NCBI RefSeq assembly: GCF_964204645.1 | Contig: NC_134025.1 | Coordinates: 19,691,101 to 19,755,100, forward strand | DNA length: 64,000 bases | Origin: Tubulanus polymorphus | Taxonomy: Eukaryota; Animalia; Nemertea | Direction of reading: 5' to 3' | Shown: piece by piece, positions 62,417 through 64,000 of the stretch | Layout of the letters: each line of letters begins with the position of its first letter | How positions within the stretch are numbered: position 1 is the first letter of the stretch | Position numbers and translations under genes: made by a program | The notes under the pieces: model-generated | What the model saw: the letters and a program-made list of their open reading frames with translations, nothing else | Told to the model about the DNA's origin: nothing | Database searches by the model: none

Positions 62417-64000
62417 TTATGGCTCAAAACGAGCAACGTATAGCTCAAAGGGCAAACCTCTTTCATCCAAACAGAAACTGCGCCTAGACAGAAACAACAG
62501 AATGCCTTTCTCACCCACAACAGAGAGAGGCTTAAACGATTTAGCCCGCTTACTAACGAGGGGCCACCAAAATGAACTCGGATCGAAACCAGGTAGAACT
62601 AACGTAATCGGGACTGCTAACTGACGAATGAACCTCAAAATAGCCCCAACCAGGTGAAAAGGGGGGAAAAACAGCAATTCCACTCGGATGAAATATCTTG
62701 GGAAAATAAACCAACCCCGGACGAATCAGGGGTTTCCCACGGCGTGAAATGACGAAGACTGTTACCATCCACATCACTCATTACGTTGGTGTCGAGCACC
62801 ATAAGATCCACAGAATGACCCAAATCGCCTCCAAACCAAGACTGTACCCGAGCCCAAGAGGCAGGCGATAACTTAGCGTCCGACTTGGTCAAAACCCTCG
62901 ACGGGGCATCGGCCTCATTATCTAAAGACGGGACATAAAACAGCTTAAGGGAAACATTCAAATCCACCACAGTGTGGAACAAAACCTTTACCGCCTCGTT
63001 CAATTCCCTTGATCGTGAGCCTTCATTCTCCCAGACAGATATAAGAGTCTTACTATCTACCTTTGCATCCACCCTAAAATGTGCGAGGTGCACCCGAAAC
63101 GACTGTAAGACTTAGGCCAACGCCAAAGTCTCTTTCACTGATATATGGGCTCTGAGGACCTTTTCCTCCCAGTAAACACCAACGATGATTTTCCCAACCT
63201 CCCAACCTCCCCAACGAAAACCCGATGCATCCGACTGAAGAGAGATAACGCGATGATTTTCTAGGCGCCAGGGGATAAACTTATCCCAATCATCCAAAAA
63301 CTCCCAATGCAAAATTTCGTCCCTAAGGTCGCCAGCGATCGGAACAAGACCCGAATTACGATATGCCTTAGAGATAGCTCTATTCGCCTCCCGGGTAAAT
63401 AAACGCGTTGCTGAAACGGCCATCGAAAAAGAAATTAACTTCCCCACGAAACGCTGAATCATCTTTAAACTGACCCTGTTTTTTGACAGAATTTCCTCAC
63501 GCAAGGCCCTAAATTTCTCTCTATTATGATCAGGAAGTTTGAAGCATTGCTGAATAGTGTCAATACACATTCCAAGCCAGACCTTCGAAGTCGAAGGGTG
63601 AAGGTCAGATTTAATGATGCCCAAAAATAACCAAGTCTAATCAGAACCTGGCACAGCATATATGCCGCCAAAGATGAACGCTGAAAATTGTTTAATAGCA
63701 ACGACTGTTGGAGGCAAAGCTCGCCGGAGATCCTGTCATCGATGTATTGCAAGACAGGGACACCCAACGAGCGCAAGTAATTCGTAGCAACCAAACCAAT
63801 TGTATGATAGATAAAAGCCGAAGCCTTTAAACCAAAAGGAATGACCCTATAAACGTAGAAACTGCCTTGCCATTCCAAACCTAGGTACCTCTCACTATCC
63901 TCTGTTACCCTTACATGGTAATAACCACCTTTATCATCAACCGTGGTAAAATGAACGCCCTCACTAAACAAGCATGGGATAAAGGCGAGAGTATCAAGTT
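62417..64000 (-). pseudogene. DIRS1-type pol: RT, RNase H and DNA adenine methyltransferase-like domain, with frameshifts and stops; runs off the window
   Basis: RT: VDDKGGYYHV, IPFGL, YIDD. RNase H: QSDASGFRWG, HISVKE, VDSKT, NEADAPSR. MTase-like: VDLMVLDTN and FPPF. Confidence 0.88.

Overview
This is eukaryotic (metazoan-looking) genomic DNA: AT-rich, intron-containing and almost entirely transposable-element and repeat sequence. I could rebuild two spliced host genes by eye that the ORF track does not show as genes. One is a minus-strand 3-hydroxyacyl-CoA-dehydrogenase-family gene (first two coding exons 10418-10469 and 4642-4778). The other is a plus-strand ~152-aa gene I do not recognise, head-to-head with it (11991-12011 joined to 12554-12991). 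Decayed autonomous elements include Gypsy pol, a Penelope-like element with hammerhead ribozyme motifs, a BEL/Pao integrase, a Merlin transposase interrupted by a 4.5-kb Sola element, a DIRS RT fragment, and an ALOG-domain tyrosine-recombinase DIRS1-type retroposon. Two inverted 64-bp satellite arrays share a 110-bp outer head (14431-28816). There is also a nested stack of non-autonomous DNA transposons whose order can be read from target-site duplications (29149-35255), Helentron-type HINEs carrying CTCF-like tandem repeats, and recent 1829-bp x2 and 2079-bp x3 tandem duplications. All calls come from manual reading with no database searches. Family assignments rest on recalled motifs, and coordinates may be off by a few bases.
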